Shown piece after piece: positions 27,867 through 39,755 of a stretch of DNA of 64,000 nt. Where the stretch lies: NCBI GenBank assembly GCA_963845185.1, contig CAWJRG010000005.1, positions 544,001 through 608,000 on the forward strand, in the 5' to 3' direction. This DNA comes from an uncultured bacterium (GTDB lineage Bacteria; Oederibacteriota; PGYV01; CAWJRG01). The first letter of the stretch is position 1, and every line of letters starts with the position of its first letter. The notes beneath the pieces were generated by a model. That model saw only the letters and a program-made list of their open reading frames with translations. It was not told the DNA's origin and made no database searches. The position numbers and the translations under genes were made by a program.

Positions 27867-28676
27867 TCATGCCTTTGCTTGCGGATGCGTCCTGTTGTAG
27901 CATGCCTGCACCAGCATTGGCAGCACTACCGCGTTTAAGGTTTGCATGGATAAAGAAGCGAATACTTTCGGCTTGTCGTTTTTTACCTTGTAAGTATACA
28001 CCCTGCCCTCGTAATACTGCGGTATATATATCTTGTCCGTCCACAGCACTTCTTCCCTGCCGCCGAATAGTTTCTTTTTTGAATAGCCGTTTTTTGACAA
28101 TTCAACGCTGCCTATTTTTACGGTTTTGCCGTATTCAAAAATTTCCTTCATGATTTTCGCCACAATAAACGGTTCAACATAAATTTTTGCAAATTCTATC
28201 ATTTTAAGATAAGCGTCCTGCAGTTTTTGATTGCCGATATAAAAAAATGATGCGAAATTTATGGAAATCTTTCCGTCTTCGCCTTTTATGCAGTATTTAA
28301 AGGTCTGCGATGTCGGGATAAGGTTGATTGTAATCTTCACGGTGTTATAAAAAATCCCGTTAATCCTGTTGTAATTGAGGATTGTCCCCCTGTATTCAAC
28401 GCTGTCCCTTTTAAATGTTAAAGGAGGCTTGCTCAGTACCAGCGGAACAAGAACAAACGGGTAAAAGCCTGCGTTTTGGTCAGGGCCCGTGCTTGTTTGC
28501 GGCGGCTGCCCTGAGTTATCAGTCTTTTTCCCCCGCAGAGAAATAAAAGTCATAATCGCGGCAAATGCCGCAAGCACAGCAGCTATGGCGATTGTTATTG
28601 CCTCGGTTTTTTTAAAAGCAAGAAAAGCTACAGCTAAAACTCCTATCCACAAAACGACAAGCTGGAATATGCTCAT
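27867..28676 (-). CDS. Hypothetical membrane-anchored protein
   Basis: 269-aa ORF, two N-terminal TMs, SD-like AGGA. Confidence 0.7.
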   Translation of the reverse strand: MSIFQLVVLWIGVLAVAFLAFKKTEAITIAIAAVLAAFAAIMTFISLRGKKTDNSGQPPQTSTGPDQNAGFYPFVLVPLVLSKPPLTFKRDSVEYRGTILNYNRINGIFYNTVKITINLIPTSQTFKYCIKGEDGKISINFASFFYIGNQKLQDAYLKMIEFAKIYVEPFIVAKIMKEIFEYGKTVKIGSVELSKNGYSKKKLFGGREEVLWTDKIYIPQYYEGRVYTYKVKNDKPKVFASLSMQTLNAVVLPMLVQACYNRTHPQAKA

Positions 28677-28754
28677 TTTATTTTTCCTTTCCTGTTTTAT
28701 TATCAGCCTCTTTAATCATCCTGCAACCAAAAGTTACGGCATGCCTTTTTAAAA

Positions 28755-28940
28755 TTATTGTTCCCCTTCCTGCAAAATTTCAACCTGCACGTCCTTATCA
28801 ACCATATTCCTGAAATTTCTCGCTGCATTTTTGCCAAGCTCATAGTGCATCGGGATTGCCACGTTCGGTTTCATTTCGTTTATCATTGCCGCGGCCTGCT
28901 TGGGGATATCGCCGCTGCTTTTGAAATTAATAAGTGCCAT
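28755..28940 (-). pseudogene. Remnant resembling the C-terminus of an MBL-fold (UPF0173-like) hydrolase
   Basis: AAAMINEMKPNVAIPMHY motif with no N-terminal HxHxDH domain. Confidence 0.55.
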
Positions 28941-28997
28941 TGTATTTTCTTCTCGTTTTGCTTTTTTCTTTTCAATCTAAAATTTGCAGTCTAAAAT

Positions 28998-29765
28998 CTA
29001 AAATTGTACTTCTATGCCTACAGGGCAATGGTCCGAGCCCATAACTTTGGCGAGTATAAAAGCATCTTTAAGGTTTTTTTTCATGTTATCGCTTATGTAA
29101 AAGTAGTCTATCCTCCAGCCCACGTTCCTTGCCCTTGCCCCGCTTTTAATGTCCCACCAGCTGTAATTGTTTGGTTCATTGTTGAACTCCCTGAACGTAT
29201 CGATAAAACCCATAGATAGGAATTTGTCTATCCAGGCGCGTTCTTCCGGTAAAAAACCGGAAACCTTGGAGTTTTCTTTCGGCCTTGCCAGGTCTATTTC
29301 CCTGTGCGCGGTGTTCACATCCCCGCATACTATGATTTTTTTGCCTTTGTTTTTCAGTTTGACGGCATAGTCAAGGAAAGCGCCGTAAAACTGCATTTTG
29401 TATTTTAGCCTGTCCGGCCCTGACTTGCCGTTTGGGAAATAAATGTTGAATAGCGTGAAATCCCTGTATTCGGCTATCTGTATCCTGCCCTCGATGTCGA
29501 ATTTTTTCACCCCAAACCCGGTTTTTATTTCAGCAGGTTTTTCTTTTAAAAACAGCGCCACCCCGCTGTAGCCTTTTTTGCCTTTGGATGATTCAAAATA
29601 GGAATTATAACCTTTGATATTTTTTATTTCATCCGGTACCTGGGATTCGTCGGCTTTTGTTTCCTGCACGCACAAAATATCCGGGCTGTCTTTAATGAGC
29701 CATTCCGTAAAGCCCTTTTTCGCTGCTGCCCTGATGCCGTTTACATTCCAGGATAGTATTCTCAT
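28998..29765 (-). CDS. xth: Exodeoxyribonuclease III / AP endonuclease
   Basis: SWNVNG, QETK, GDVNTAH, GWRIDY, GSDHCP. Confidence 0.96.
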   Translation of the reverse strand: MRILSWNVNGIRAAAKKGFTEWLIKDSPDILCVQETKADESQVPDEIKNIKGYNSYFESSKGKKGYSGVALFLKEKPAEIKTGFGVKKFDIEGRIQIAEYRDFTLFNIYFPNGKSGPDRLKYKMQFYGAFLDYAVKLKNKGKKIIVCGDVNTAHREIDLARPKENSKVSGFLPEERAWIDKFLSMGFIDTFREFNNEPNNYSWWDIKSGARARNVGWRIDYFYISDNMKKNLKDAFILAKVMGSDHCPVGIEVQF

Positions 29766-29845
29766 ATTTCACCCTAAACTAGATTCAAAAGTCAAATCAA
29801 AATATATTTTTCTAATCTAAAATCCAAAATCTAAATTCTAAAATA

Positions 29846-30595
29846 TTACTTCTTGGCCTTTCCCTGGTTTGCCACTGCTTCCATTGCCTTTTTGACTTCT
29901 TCAGGGTCACCGAGATAATAATTTTTTATTGGCTTTAAATTATTGTCAAGCTCGTAGACAAGCGGCATTCCAGTGGGTATGTTCAGGTGGACTATGTCCT
30001 GGTCAGAAATGTTGTCGAGGTATTTCACAAGAGCCCTTAATGAATTGCCATGGGCAGCAATCAGCACCCTTTTCCCCTTTTTAATTGTCGGCGCTATTTC
30101 TTTTTTCCAGAAAGGAAGAACCCTTGCCACAGTGTCTTTTAAACATTCCGTCAGAGGAACTTCGCTGGACTCTAATTCCTTGTACCTCGGGTCTTTTGCC
30201 GGGTTCCTCGGGTCGTCAGGCTCCAGCTTTGGCGGCGGCGTATCATAGCTTCTCCGCCATATCAAAACCTGCTCGTCTCCGTATTTCGCGGCTGTCTCTG
30301 CCTTGTTTAATCCCTGCAAAGCGCCGTAATGCCTTTCATTCAGCCTCCAGTTCCTTATCACGGGTATCCACATCAGGTCCATGCCGTCGAGCGTGAACCA
30401 CAGGGTCCTTATAGCCCTTTTTAAAACCGATGTGTAAGCAATGTCAAAAATAAAACCCGCGTCCTTTAAATAGTTCGGCGCCTTCTTTGCCTCTTCAATG
30501 CCTTTTTCCGACAGGTCGACATCTGTCCATCCTGTAAACCTATTTTCCTTGTTCCATGTGCTTTCTCCGTGCCTTAACAGTACGAGTTTATACAT
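29846..30595 (-). CDS. gpmA: 2,3-bisphosphoglycerate-dependent phosphoglycerate mutase
   Basis: [21 protein letters not shown]. Confidence 0.98.
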   Translation of the reverse strand: MYKLVLLRHGESTWNKENRFTGWTDVDLSEKGIEEAKKAPNYLKDAGFIFDIAYTSVLKRAIRTLWFTLDGMDLMWIPVIRNWRLNERHYGALQGLNKAETAAKYGDEQVLIWRRSYDTPPPKLEPDDPRNPAKDPRYKELESSEVPLTECLKDTVARVLPFWKKEIAPTIKKGKRVLIAAHGNSLRALVKYLDNISDQDIVHLNIPTGMPLVYELDNNLKPIKNYYLGDPEEVKKAMEAVANQGKAKK

Positions 30596-30602
30596 TTTTT
30601 AA

Positions 30603-30770
30603 CCTCCTTAGAGTCCGTTGATTTTGCCGAGCGTCAACAGGCAGTCAAATAGTCCTGTGGATTATTTGACGGGTAGTTTCCATAAGTTATCTAATATAAA
30701 AACTACCCAGCAAAATCTTACGGAGTCTTATACCCGCTCAAGTCCCGAACTTGTGAGGGACAAGCGGTAC
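30603..30770 (-). ncRNA. Repeated structured 5'-leader element upstream of gpmA, with a ~70-bp module (30642-30710) in the hairpin-2 loop
   Basis: Sense GTACCGCTTGTCCC...GGGACTTGAGCGGGTAT, GATTTTGCTG/CGGCAAAATC, then TAAGGAGG. Confidence 0.75.
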
Positions 30771-30782
30771 TAGTACTAAAAG

Positions 30783-30826
30783 AAAAGCCGCGCAATGAAA
30801 AATTAAATTTTCACAACGCGGCTTCC
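30783..30826 (-). terminator. Probable terminator after eno
   Basis: AAGCCGCG/CGCGGCTT stem followed by a T-rich tract on the minus strand. Confidence 0.6.
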
Positions 30827-30831
30827 TTTAT

Positions 30832-32271
<1,440 letters not shown>

Positions 32272-32277
32272 TTATTT

Positions 32278-32886
32278 CTATTTCTTGCCTTTTCCTGCCT
32301 TTTTTACAACATATCTTATAATAGTAATATATTTGTTGGGGTTGCCTTTAAAAATCATTCCCGGGCCTTTTATGTATTCTTCCTCATGGGCTCCTGCTAT
32401 TTCATAGCCGCTGTCAATTATGAATTTATATAGCTTTTCAATCGTAGGTTTTTCATCGGAATAAGACCCGATATGCACGATTTCAGCGACTGTGCCGTAT
32501 GTCCAAGTATCCAGTTTTACTGTGGGAAGCCCTGGATGCTGGCCCGGAAGTTCGGTTATCGAATTCGGCACAGGCAAAGCCCACAACCCGATGAATTCCT
32601 GTTTTGACGTATCAAATCCTTTCGGCCATCTTGCCCTTGGCGCAAGAGACATGTCCATGCCTTTATTTTTGCCGTAAAGCGTGAAATACATCCTGTAAAT
32701 GGCAGTAATGCCGCTTTTGCCTGTTGTGTTTGGATCCCCTTTTACTTCTGCAACAATGACTTTCTGGTCAGGCATCTCCTTGATAGCCGGCTCTTTCATG
32801 CTGTAATACTTGCTTAAGTCCCGGCCGCACCCTGCCAGACCCAATAAACAAATTAAAACTAAAAAAATAAACAAAACTTTTTTCAT
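32278..32886 (-). CDS. GyrI-like domain lipoprotein
   Basis: Lipobox LAGC; HIGSY, HEEEYIKGP. Confidence 0.8.
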   Translation of the reverse strand: MKKVLFIFLVLICLLGLAGCGRDLSKYYSMKEPAIKEMPDQKVIVAEVKGDPNTTGKSGITAIYRMYFTLYGKNKGMDMSLAPRARWPKGFDTSKQEFIGLWALPVPNSITELPGQHPGLPTVKLDTWTYGTVAEIVHIGSYSDEKPTIEKLYKFIIDSGYEIAGAHEEEYIKGPGMIFKGNPNKYITIIRYVVKKAGKGKK

Positions 32887-32934
32887 TTCAAACCTCCTTG
32901 GATTTGATTCCTGTACTTTATTTAACTGCCATAA

Positions 32935-33010
32935 AACCCCCTATTATCCCCCTTTATTAAAGGGGGATATAAATCCCTCCCCCTTAACAAGGGGGAGCGT
33001 GAGGGGGTTT
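32935..33010. repeat. REP-like CCCCCTT-N-AAGGGGG doublet
   Basis: TCCCCCTTTATTAAAGGGGGA and TCCCCCTTAACAAGGGGGA hairpins enclosed by AAACCCC/GGGGTTT. Confidence 0.7.
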
Positions 33011-33025
33011 GTTTTAGCTTGCAAA

Positions 33026-35650
33026 TTAGTCTATCCCAAACCTGCGTACAAAATACCTCTGTACAAAAAATACCATGCAGAGGTAAATCGCGACCGTTGC
33101 CTCAAGTATTAAAAAATACTTTGCCGGCAACATTACAAGTCCCAGCGATTTGGCAAAAGGCGTGAAAGGAAGTATCATAGCGAGTGCCACGATAAAAAGC
33201 GAGGTAAACGCCATGAATCTGCTTGGAAGGCTCTGCACTACCGGGATTTTTACGGTCCTTATGACGTAAATGACCAGGGTTTGCGTTACAAGCGACTCCA
33301 CGAACCAGCCAGTGTGAAAAAGGCTCTGCGTGGCAATTGTGCATTTGAATATGAAAAGCATTACTGCAAAAGTCGTATAATCAAAAATCGAACTTACCGG
33401 CCCTATGAAAAACATATATCTCTGTATTGACTCTATGTTCCAGGGCCTCGGTTTCAGCATGTATTCGGGGTCCACCTCGTCCGTCGGAATGGCCGTCTGG
33501 GACAAATCGTAAAGAAAATTGTTAAGGAGCACCTGTATCGGCGTCATTGGCAAAAACGGCAATATTATACTTGCGCCTGTCATGGAAAACATATTGCCGA
33601 AATTCGAGCTTGCTGCCATTTTAATGTACTTGGTAATATTTCCGAAAGTCTTTCGCCCCTCTATTACTCCGTCTTCCAGTACTAGCAGGCTTTTTTCAAG
33701 AAGTATTATATCAGCGGATTCTTTCGCTATGTCAACCGCGTTGTTGACCGAAATCCCTACGTCGGCGGCTTTTAAAGCCAGGGCGTCGTTTATGCCGTCG
33801 CCCAGGAACCCGACAATGTTTCCCTTTTTATGCAGGGCGTGTATTATCTTTTCTTTCTGTACAGGCGACAGCCTGGCAAAAACAGTAGTGTTCTGGACCA
33901 GCTCGCCAAATTTTTCGTCATCCATGCCTTCAATCATGTCGCCGGTTACCAGGCCCTGCACGTCCAGCCCCACCTCGCTGCAGATCTTTTTCGTGACAAG
34001 GTCATTGTCGCCTGTCAATACCTTTATGCTTACGCCGTAGTCCTGCAAAATCTTTACTGAGCGCCTTGTGCTGGCTTTGGGAGGGTCAAGGAACGCCACA
34101 TAGCCCATAAGCACAAGTTCTGATTCATCATCTTTTGTAAAACCGCCCTTATTGACGTCTATGTCCTTGTAAGCAAGCGCGAGCACCCTGAACCCGTCCG
34201 CGCTCAAACGGTCGTATTCCTCTTTTAAATCCGCGATTATCAGGTATTCTATTTCCATTATATCGCCGTCAAGCTCGTATTTCGTGCAGCGCTTGTAAAT
34301 TTCCTCAGGCGCGCCTTTTGATATCAGCCGTGACTTGCCTTCCATTTCCACTACAACGGACATTATTTTCCTGGAAAAATCAAAAGGTATCTCGTCTATT
34401 TTCCTGTAAGACGTTATGCTCGCGTTTTCCGGCTTGCTTATGTACTTTAAAATCGCCTTATCCAGCACGTTTTTCAGCCCTGTCTGGTAATAGCTGTTCA
34501 CCAGGGCGTATTTCAGCACATCCTGGCTTTCCTGCCTCATCACATCGCAGTACTGCTCAAGCACGACCCTGTCCATGGTTAGAGTGCCTGTCTTGTCCGT
34601 GCACAGTATGTTCATCGCGCCAAAATTCTGGATGGAATTAAGGCGCTTTACTATTACTTTTTTCTTCGCCATATTGCTCGCGCCCCTTGCAAGGTTTATT
34701 GTAATTATTAACGGGAGCATTTCTGGCGTCAGGCCCACTGCAACAGCCAGGGAAAACAAAAGCGCGTCCATGAAATTCTTTTTTATGCCCCAGTTTATTA
34801 AAAATATTACAATAACCATGGCGATCATCACTCGTATCATGACCCAGGTGAACCTGTTGACTCCCTTGTCAAAACTTGTTTCGACCTGCATGGTTGCGAG
34901 CCTCTTTGATATCTCGCCGAACTGGGTATAAACGCCTGTCTTTATTACCACGCCAAGGCCCGTGCCGCTTACCACCGACGAGCCCATAAAAGCTATATTA
35001 TTCATGTCCGCAATGCCTGTGGCTTTTTTTTCGGCAGGCTTTGCTGTTTTTTCCACGGGTATTGACTCGCCTGTTAAGGTTGCCTGGTTTATGAATAAAT
35101 CCTTGCACGATACCAAGCGGATATCGGCAGGTATCATGTCCCCTGCAAAAAGGTCCACAATATCGCCCGGTACCAGTTCCCTTATGTTTACCTCTTTTGA
35201 TTTTCCGTTGCGGACTATCGTAGTTGTAGTTTTAACCATTTCCATGAGCTTTTCAACTTCCCTGCTGGCCCTGTATTCCTGGAAAAAGCTCAAAAATACG
35301 CTCAATAATATCATGCCAAGCACTATCCCTGCGCTTACATAATCATTGCCAAGGAAAATTGAGGAAGCTCCTATTATAACGAGCACTATGACAAGTGGAT
35401 TTAAAAACTTTGTTAATATTTGGAGTGGCACGCTGAGTTGTTTGCTCTTTGCAGGTTCGTTATAGCCGTAATCTTTAATCCGGTTTTTTGCCTCTTTATC
35501 GGTGAGGCCTTTGTCCGATGTCTGAAATTTCTGGTACAGGATTTCAGGCGTGCATTCGGCACAGTCAAAATCAAGCACTTGCGGCTTGACGGCATTTATT
35601 TTAAAATTGTCCAAATTGCCTGAAAATTTTTTCCCGGCTCCATTTGCCAT
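33026..35650 (-). CDS. mgtA: Magnesium-translocating P-type ATPase
   Basis: TGES, AVGLTPEMLP, DKTGTLT, GDGINDA, KMAASSNFGN, GWFVES. Confidence 0.95.
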   Translation of the reverse strand: MANGAGKKFSGNLDNFKINAVKPQVLDFDCAECTPEILYQKFQTSDKGLTDKEAKNRIKDYGYNEPAKSKQLSVPLQILTKFLNPLVIVLVIIGASSIFLGNDYVSAGIVLGMILLSVFLSFFQEYRASREVEKLMEMVKTTTTIVRNGKSKEVNIRELVPGDIVDLFAGDMIPADIRLVSCKDLFINQATLTGESIPVEKTAKPAEKKATGIADMNNIAFMGSSVVSGTGLGVVIKTGVYTQFGEISKRLATMQVETSFDKGVNRFTWVMIRVMIAMVIVIFLINWGIKKNFMDALLFSLAVAVGLTPEMLPLIITINLARGASNMAKKKVIVKRLNSIQNFGAMNILCTDKTGTLTMDRVVLEQYCDVMRQESQDVLKYALVNSYYQTGLKNVLDKAILKYISKPENASITSYRKIDEIPFDFSRKIMSVVVEMEGKSRLISKGAPEEIYKRCTKYELDGDIMEIEYLIIADLKEEYDRLSADGFRVLALAYKDIDVNKGGFTKDDESELVLMGYVAFLDPPKASTRRSVKILQDYGVSIKVLTGDNDLVTKKICSEVGLDVQGLVTGDMIEGMDDEKFGELVQNTTVFARLSPVQKEKIIHALHKKGNIVGFLGDGINDALALKAADVGISVNNAVDIAKESADIILLEKSLLVLEDGVIEGRKTFGNITKYIKMAASSNFGNMFSMTGASIILPFLPMTPIQVLLNNFLYDLSQTAIPTDEVDPEYMLKPRPWNIESIQRYMFFIGPVSSIFDYTTFAVMLFIFKCTIATQSLFHTGWFVESLVTQTLVIYVIRTVKIPVVQSLPSRFMAFTSLFIVALAMILPFTPFAKSLGLVMLPAKYFLILEATVAIYLCMVFFVQRYFVRRFGID

Positions 35651-35684
35651 TGTTTTGGTCCTTGTTTAATAAAAATATTTTGTT

Positions 35685-35766
35685 GGGAGGTGCGATTAGG
35701 TTTTCTCGAAGGGGCTTCCGGCTCTGGTCCTTTCCGCGAAGGACAGGAACAAAGCCTCGCCTCTAT
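35685..35766 (-). promoter_or_regulatory. Candidate structured 5' leader of mgtA
   Basis: GC-rich nested stems GAGG-CGA/TCG-CACCTC, GGCTT/AAGCC and TCCTT/AAGGA in an AT-rich background. Confidence 0.45.
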
Positions 35767-35808
35767 TATATATATTAGGCGCTTAACTGCATCTCTCATT
35801 CTGTTTTT

Positions 35809-35846
35809 GTCATTGCGAGCGACCAACAGGAGCGTGGCAATCTCGT
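35809..35846. repeat. REP-like GTCATTGCGAG...GCAATCTC unit
   Basis: Nearly identical to 52637-52675. Confidence 0.7.
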
Positions 35847-36028
35847 TTTTGACACTGTAATTTTTAACTTATTATAAAGATTTTAACATGCCAAAAAGGT
35901 ATTTGTAAACAGAAAGTTTATTTCATTTTTAGTAGTTGATGTGTAATTTTGCAGTGATTGACCATCCAACGCCCCTGGAGCAAATTTAGTTTACAATTAT
36001 AAATTTGCACCAATAAAACCCGTCGTTC

Positions 36029-38392
36029 CTAAGGGACGAACTTTTCAATTACATTATACCCTATCATTCTGTATGTTTTCAGTCTTTTTGTATACATCTT
36101 TTTAAGTACTGGTACATTAATATCCAAATAATCATAGATTCTAACTTCGTCCTTGCCTTCATATTCCCTTTGTATTCTGCCAGCGTACTGTACAAGCCTA
36201 CCCTTAAATGACAATGGAGTAGTTAAAAAAATTGTATCAAGCCCGGGTAAATTAAAACCTTCTCCTACGTATGAACCTGTTGCTATTATAACCTTGCTAT
36301 CTCCCGGCTGGCTTGCGCCAATTAAATCCATCGCTGCCTTTATTTTCTTTTTGCCCATACCGCCAAAAAGCGGCACAATTGTCTTTACTTTGCCTGTAAG
36401 TTGTTTTTCCAGAAATAATAGGTGCTCTTTTCTTTCGGTTAGAACCATAGGGAACCTGCCCTGCTTAACCGCACTTTCAATATCGTTTACCAATATAAGA
36501 TTTCGCGATTCGCTTGCGACAAGCGCCGACATTATTTCTTGAATCGCTGCTTTTTCGGAATTTTCATAAGCAAAATTCGTATGACACATAATAACCTTAT
36601 ACTCATTTATCGAACTTGCCATGTCCTTTTGCTTTATTTCATGCACTATTGGACCGCATTGCATATGAATAATCGGCTGATGTCCGTCTTTTCTATATGG
36701 AGTTGCGGTGAGGCCAAGCACAAAGGCAGCCCTGGCGGAAGACAATATCTTCTCAAAAGTAAATGCACTTACATGATGACACTCGTCGGCGATTATAAAC
36801 CCATAGCCCGCCACAATATCATCCACCTTTCCCCCGTCTTCAAGGCTTTGAACCATAGCAACATCAATATTACCTGTTGGTTTTCTCTTACCGTCTCCGA
36901 TTTTACCTATTTCTTTCTTATCCTTACCGACAAATATCCCCAACTGAGTTAACCACTGTTCCAGCAAAGGTTTTCTGTGCACAAGTATTAGTACATTCTT
37001 TTTCCTTTGTGCAATAATATACGACGCCAGCACTGTCTTCCCAAATCCCGGCGGCGCACTCAACACCCCCGTTTCATGTTTTAATATATCTTTAGCCGCC
37101 TCTTTTTGCGCCTCATTTAGCTTGCCATAAAATTTTACGTTAATTTCCTTCCCAATTACTCTCTCATCTTTTACCAACATGGCTATATTGTACTCTGCAA
37201 GTAATTGCTTTAATTCCTCAATACAACCACGGGGTAGAATTAGATATCCCCTGTCAATTTCCGAACAATCAACAATCCTCGGAGTTGCATATGTCGAAAA
37301 TCTCATTTTTTGTTTTCTATAAAATTCGGGATTTTGAAATGCCGCAAGGTTCCTTATCCTGTTTAACAATGCAGACGGCATGTCTTTAACGCTCAAATAG
37401 ACTTTATTTGCAAGGACGACTTCTATTTCCCGCGGCAAATTTTCAAATTTGGGTTTATACGTACTCTTCCCTGACGGCATTATCATCCATGGCTTATCAT
37501 TTTCATCTACAGGATTATCTTTTGCCAATAACACAGGCACTGTGGAAACTCCTGCTTTTGATAATATCGAACTAATATTCTGTATGTTTAGTTTATTAAT
37601 ATTTTTTAGTACACTCCACTGGTCTATATATGGTTCTAACCCTTCGTCTAAAAAAAGTGTATTCCCCGACAACGTAGCTTCTTTTTGCATAGGTAAAGCA
37701 ATGAGATTTCCAAAACCGCCTTGCGGCATGATGTCCTGATTGGGAAAAAGCCTGTCATAGCTTTTCATATCGAGTTGATACCTGCCGGACATGGTAAGAG
37801 TTATAAGATAAGTGCCAAGCTTCCTTGCAAGATATGCCGGAACTTCCTCGCTGAAAAATACCCACACATGCGCTCCATTCCCCGATCGTGAGCGTTCTAT
37901 ATATCCCGTGACTCCGGCTTCTGAGCATGCTTGCCGGAAAGCCGCAACGTCTTCCTTCCATGATTCTTTATCAAAATCAACAGCCAGAATGCGGCACTTT
38001 TCATTTGTAAGTAGCGGATATATTCCAACAACCAGCCTGCCGTTTAAATGGTTCGAAATGACTTCATCGGTAAAAGGCAGGTATTCCTTTGCGGTGCAAT
38101 CAGAACATTTTCCTGCAGGCTTTATACAGATATTTTTTGCCCATTCATTTTTACAGACGGGGCTATAGCCCTTTTTACCTGTTTTTTTGCTTATCCAGAG
38201 CTTTCCATAGACATCCTGCCTGCCGATAAAAAGGCTTTTGAATATTTGCACTTTCTCGGCATCATTTAAGGTTGGAATATTTTCTATTACTTTTAAGTCA
38301 TTTTCAAGTTTGGTTTTAAGCTGATTTAACAGCGCCATTTGCCGAGCAACATTGTCTATCTTTTTTTGGATTTCTCTTTTTTCCTCTTCCAT
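36029..38392 (-). CDS. AEP primase (TOTE-conflict-like) domain fused to an SF2 DEAD/DEAH helicase
   Basis: Cys cluster, AVDFD, ERSRSGNGAHVW, GNLIALP; Walker A PPGFGKT, DECHH, TAT, QYAGRIQR. Confidence 0.88.
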   Translation of the reverse strand: MEEEKREIQKKIDNVARQMALLNQLKTKLENDLKVIENIPTLNDAEKVQIFKSLFIGRQDVYGKLWISKKTGKKGYSPVCKNEWAKNICIKPAGKCSDCTAKEYLPFTDEVISNHLNGRLVVGIYPLLTNEKCRILAVDFDKESWKEDVAAFRQACSEAGVTGYIERSRSGNGAHVWVFFSEEVPAYLARKLGTYLITLTMSGRYQLDMKSYDRLFPNQDIMPQGGFGNLIALPMQKEATLSGNTLFLDEGLEPYIDQWSVLKNINKLNIQNISSILSKAGVSTVPVLLAKDNPVDENDKPWMIMPSGKSTYKPKFENLPREIEVVLANKVYLSVKDMPSALLNRIRNLAAFQNPEFYRKQKMRFSTYATPRIVDCSEIDRGYLILPRGCIEELKQLLAEYNIAMLVKDERVIGKEINVKFYGKLNEAQKEAAKDILKHETGVLSAPPGFGKTVLASYIIAQRKKNVLILVHRKPLLEQWLTQLGIFVGKDKKEIGKIGDGKRKPTGNIDVAMVQSLEDGGKVDDIVAGYGFIIADECHHVSAFTFEKILSSARAAFVLGLTATPYRKDGHQPIIHMQCGPIVHEIKQKDMASSINEYKVIMCHTNFAYENSEKAAIQEIMSALVASESRNLILVNDIESAVKQGRFPMVLTERKEHLLFLEKQLTGKVKTIVPLFGGMGKKKIKAAMDLIGASQPGDSKVIIATGSYVGEGFNLPGLDTIFLTTPLSFKGRLVQYAGRIQREYEGKDEVRIYDYLDINVPVLKKMYTKRLKTYRMIGYNVIEKFVP

Positions 38393-38653
38393 GGTGCCTC
38401 AATTCCTTTATACGCCTTATAAAACGTTTATGGCTACAGCTATCTTCAGCATAAAGCGTCCCACACCGTCTACCAGACGCCGCATGCTGTATATATCATT
38501 ACTGTCGTATCACATGCCACGAGTAGTTGGCGTACCATAAACCTGGGTATAAGCGAATTATCACTATAAACTCGAGTCTTAACGAGTGGTTTATGGTAAT
38601 TTAGAAACCGAATTTTAGAAATAAATATATACGTGGACCACCCTTTTTTTAAT

Positions 38654-39619
38654 CTAAATTTTTACAACTTTTAAATAGCTTGTTAAAAACTTTCTTGTGT
38701 CCATAAATTCATACGAATCTAAATCAAGCAAAATCACTTTGTTATTTTCAACTTTAATTACCACTGTAACTCCTAGGGTATTTTTTGTAGAAATATATAT
38801 ATAATCTCCAGGTTTCAATATTAAATCAGTTTTACCTATCGGTTTGTCAAATTCCATTTTCTGTATTCTATTTGCAAGTATATTAACGTCGTTACTCAAT
38901 GCATTCATCACCTCAATATTTACAGGTAGTTTAACAGCAATCTCATTAAAAATATTAATATCTGGTTTTAATTTATTTTCATTTAATTTTTTGAATAGTC
39001 TCGCAATTACTAATTCGCTATATATTGAACTATAGTATTCGCCGTCCAAATCTTCTTCGTGCCATTTTTTATTCTTAAATACTGAAAAAGCATATAATGC
39101 AGCAGCACCTAAGAATTGAAAAGCCTCTTTAAGTTCCTTATTGCCGTAACCCTCCCATATATCACTCGAACATTTTCCTATTAAACCGCCTTTAATTCCA
39201 CCTGCTAGAACACTTGATACTTTTAATACAAATTCACAATAAGGATACTCATCAAGCAATAAAACACTTGTATAATTTATCGTTCTAATCCTTCTACCTG
39301 CTAAAGCAGAAACGACCTTAACTAAACCGCAACATCGAAGTAAATGATATCTATTTAATGTTACATTCTGATCCAGAGTAACAGATATTTTTTCAGCAAT
39401 ACTCTCTAATTTTCTATTCAATTTTTCTTTTGCTCTTTCTACCGCCTCAAATGTTGGCAAGGAATTGGCATAAACATCGTCAAATTGATTTTTACCTTGC
39501 TCCTCTGATTTTATATGTGCTTCCGAATCTTCCGCATCAATCAATGCTGTACTTTTGACAAAAGTTTCATGTTTGGAAAATAACGAAAAAAAATTCTTTG
39601 ATTTCGTAAATAATGCCAC
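38654..39619 (-). CDS. AT-rich hypothetical protein, possibly the separated C-terminus of the PLD-like gene
   Basis: 321-aa ORF, weak GTG start, immediately left of the IS. Confidence 0.6.
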   Translation of the reverse strand: MALFTKSKNFFSLFSKHETFVKSTALIDAEDSEAHIKSEEQGKNQFDDVYANSLPTFEAVERAKEKLNRKLESIAEKISVTLDQNVTLNRYHLLRCCGLVKVVSALAGRRIRTINYTSVLLLDEYPYCEFVLKVSSVLAGGIKGGLIGKCSSDIWEGYGNKELKEAFQFLGAAALYAFSVFKNKKWHEEDLDGEYYSSIYSELVIARLFKKLNENKLKPDINIFNEIAVKLPVNIEVMNALSNDVNILANRIQKMEFDKPIGKTDLILKPGDYIYISTKNTLGVTVVIKVENNKVILLDLDSYEFMDTRKFLTSYLKVVKI

Positions 39620-39755
39620 TCCGCCGCGTTTTTCAGCGATAGTGTCCTCAAACTCAAAAAGAATTGACTACTTGTATCAGTTAATTAATTGTACCAAACG
39701 TAAGGGTTTGCATAAAGCAAATTTTTATGTATACTTTCATCGAGGAGAGTGACAA

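Noticed and set aside
38533..38598. Possible attC site or retron msr/msd
   Set aside because: No RYYYAAC/GTTRRRY pair, no integrase and no reverse transcriptase in the window
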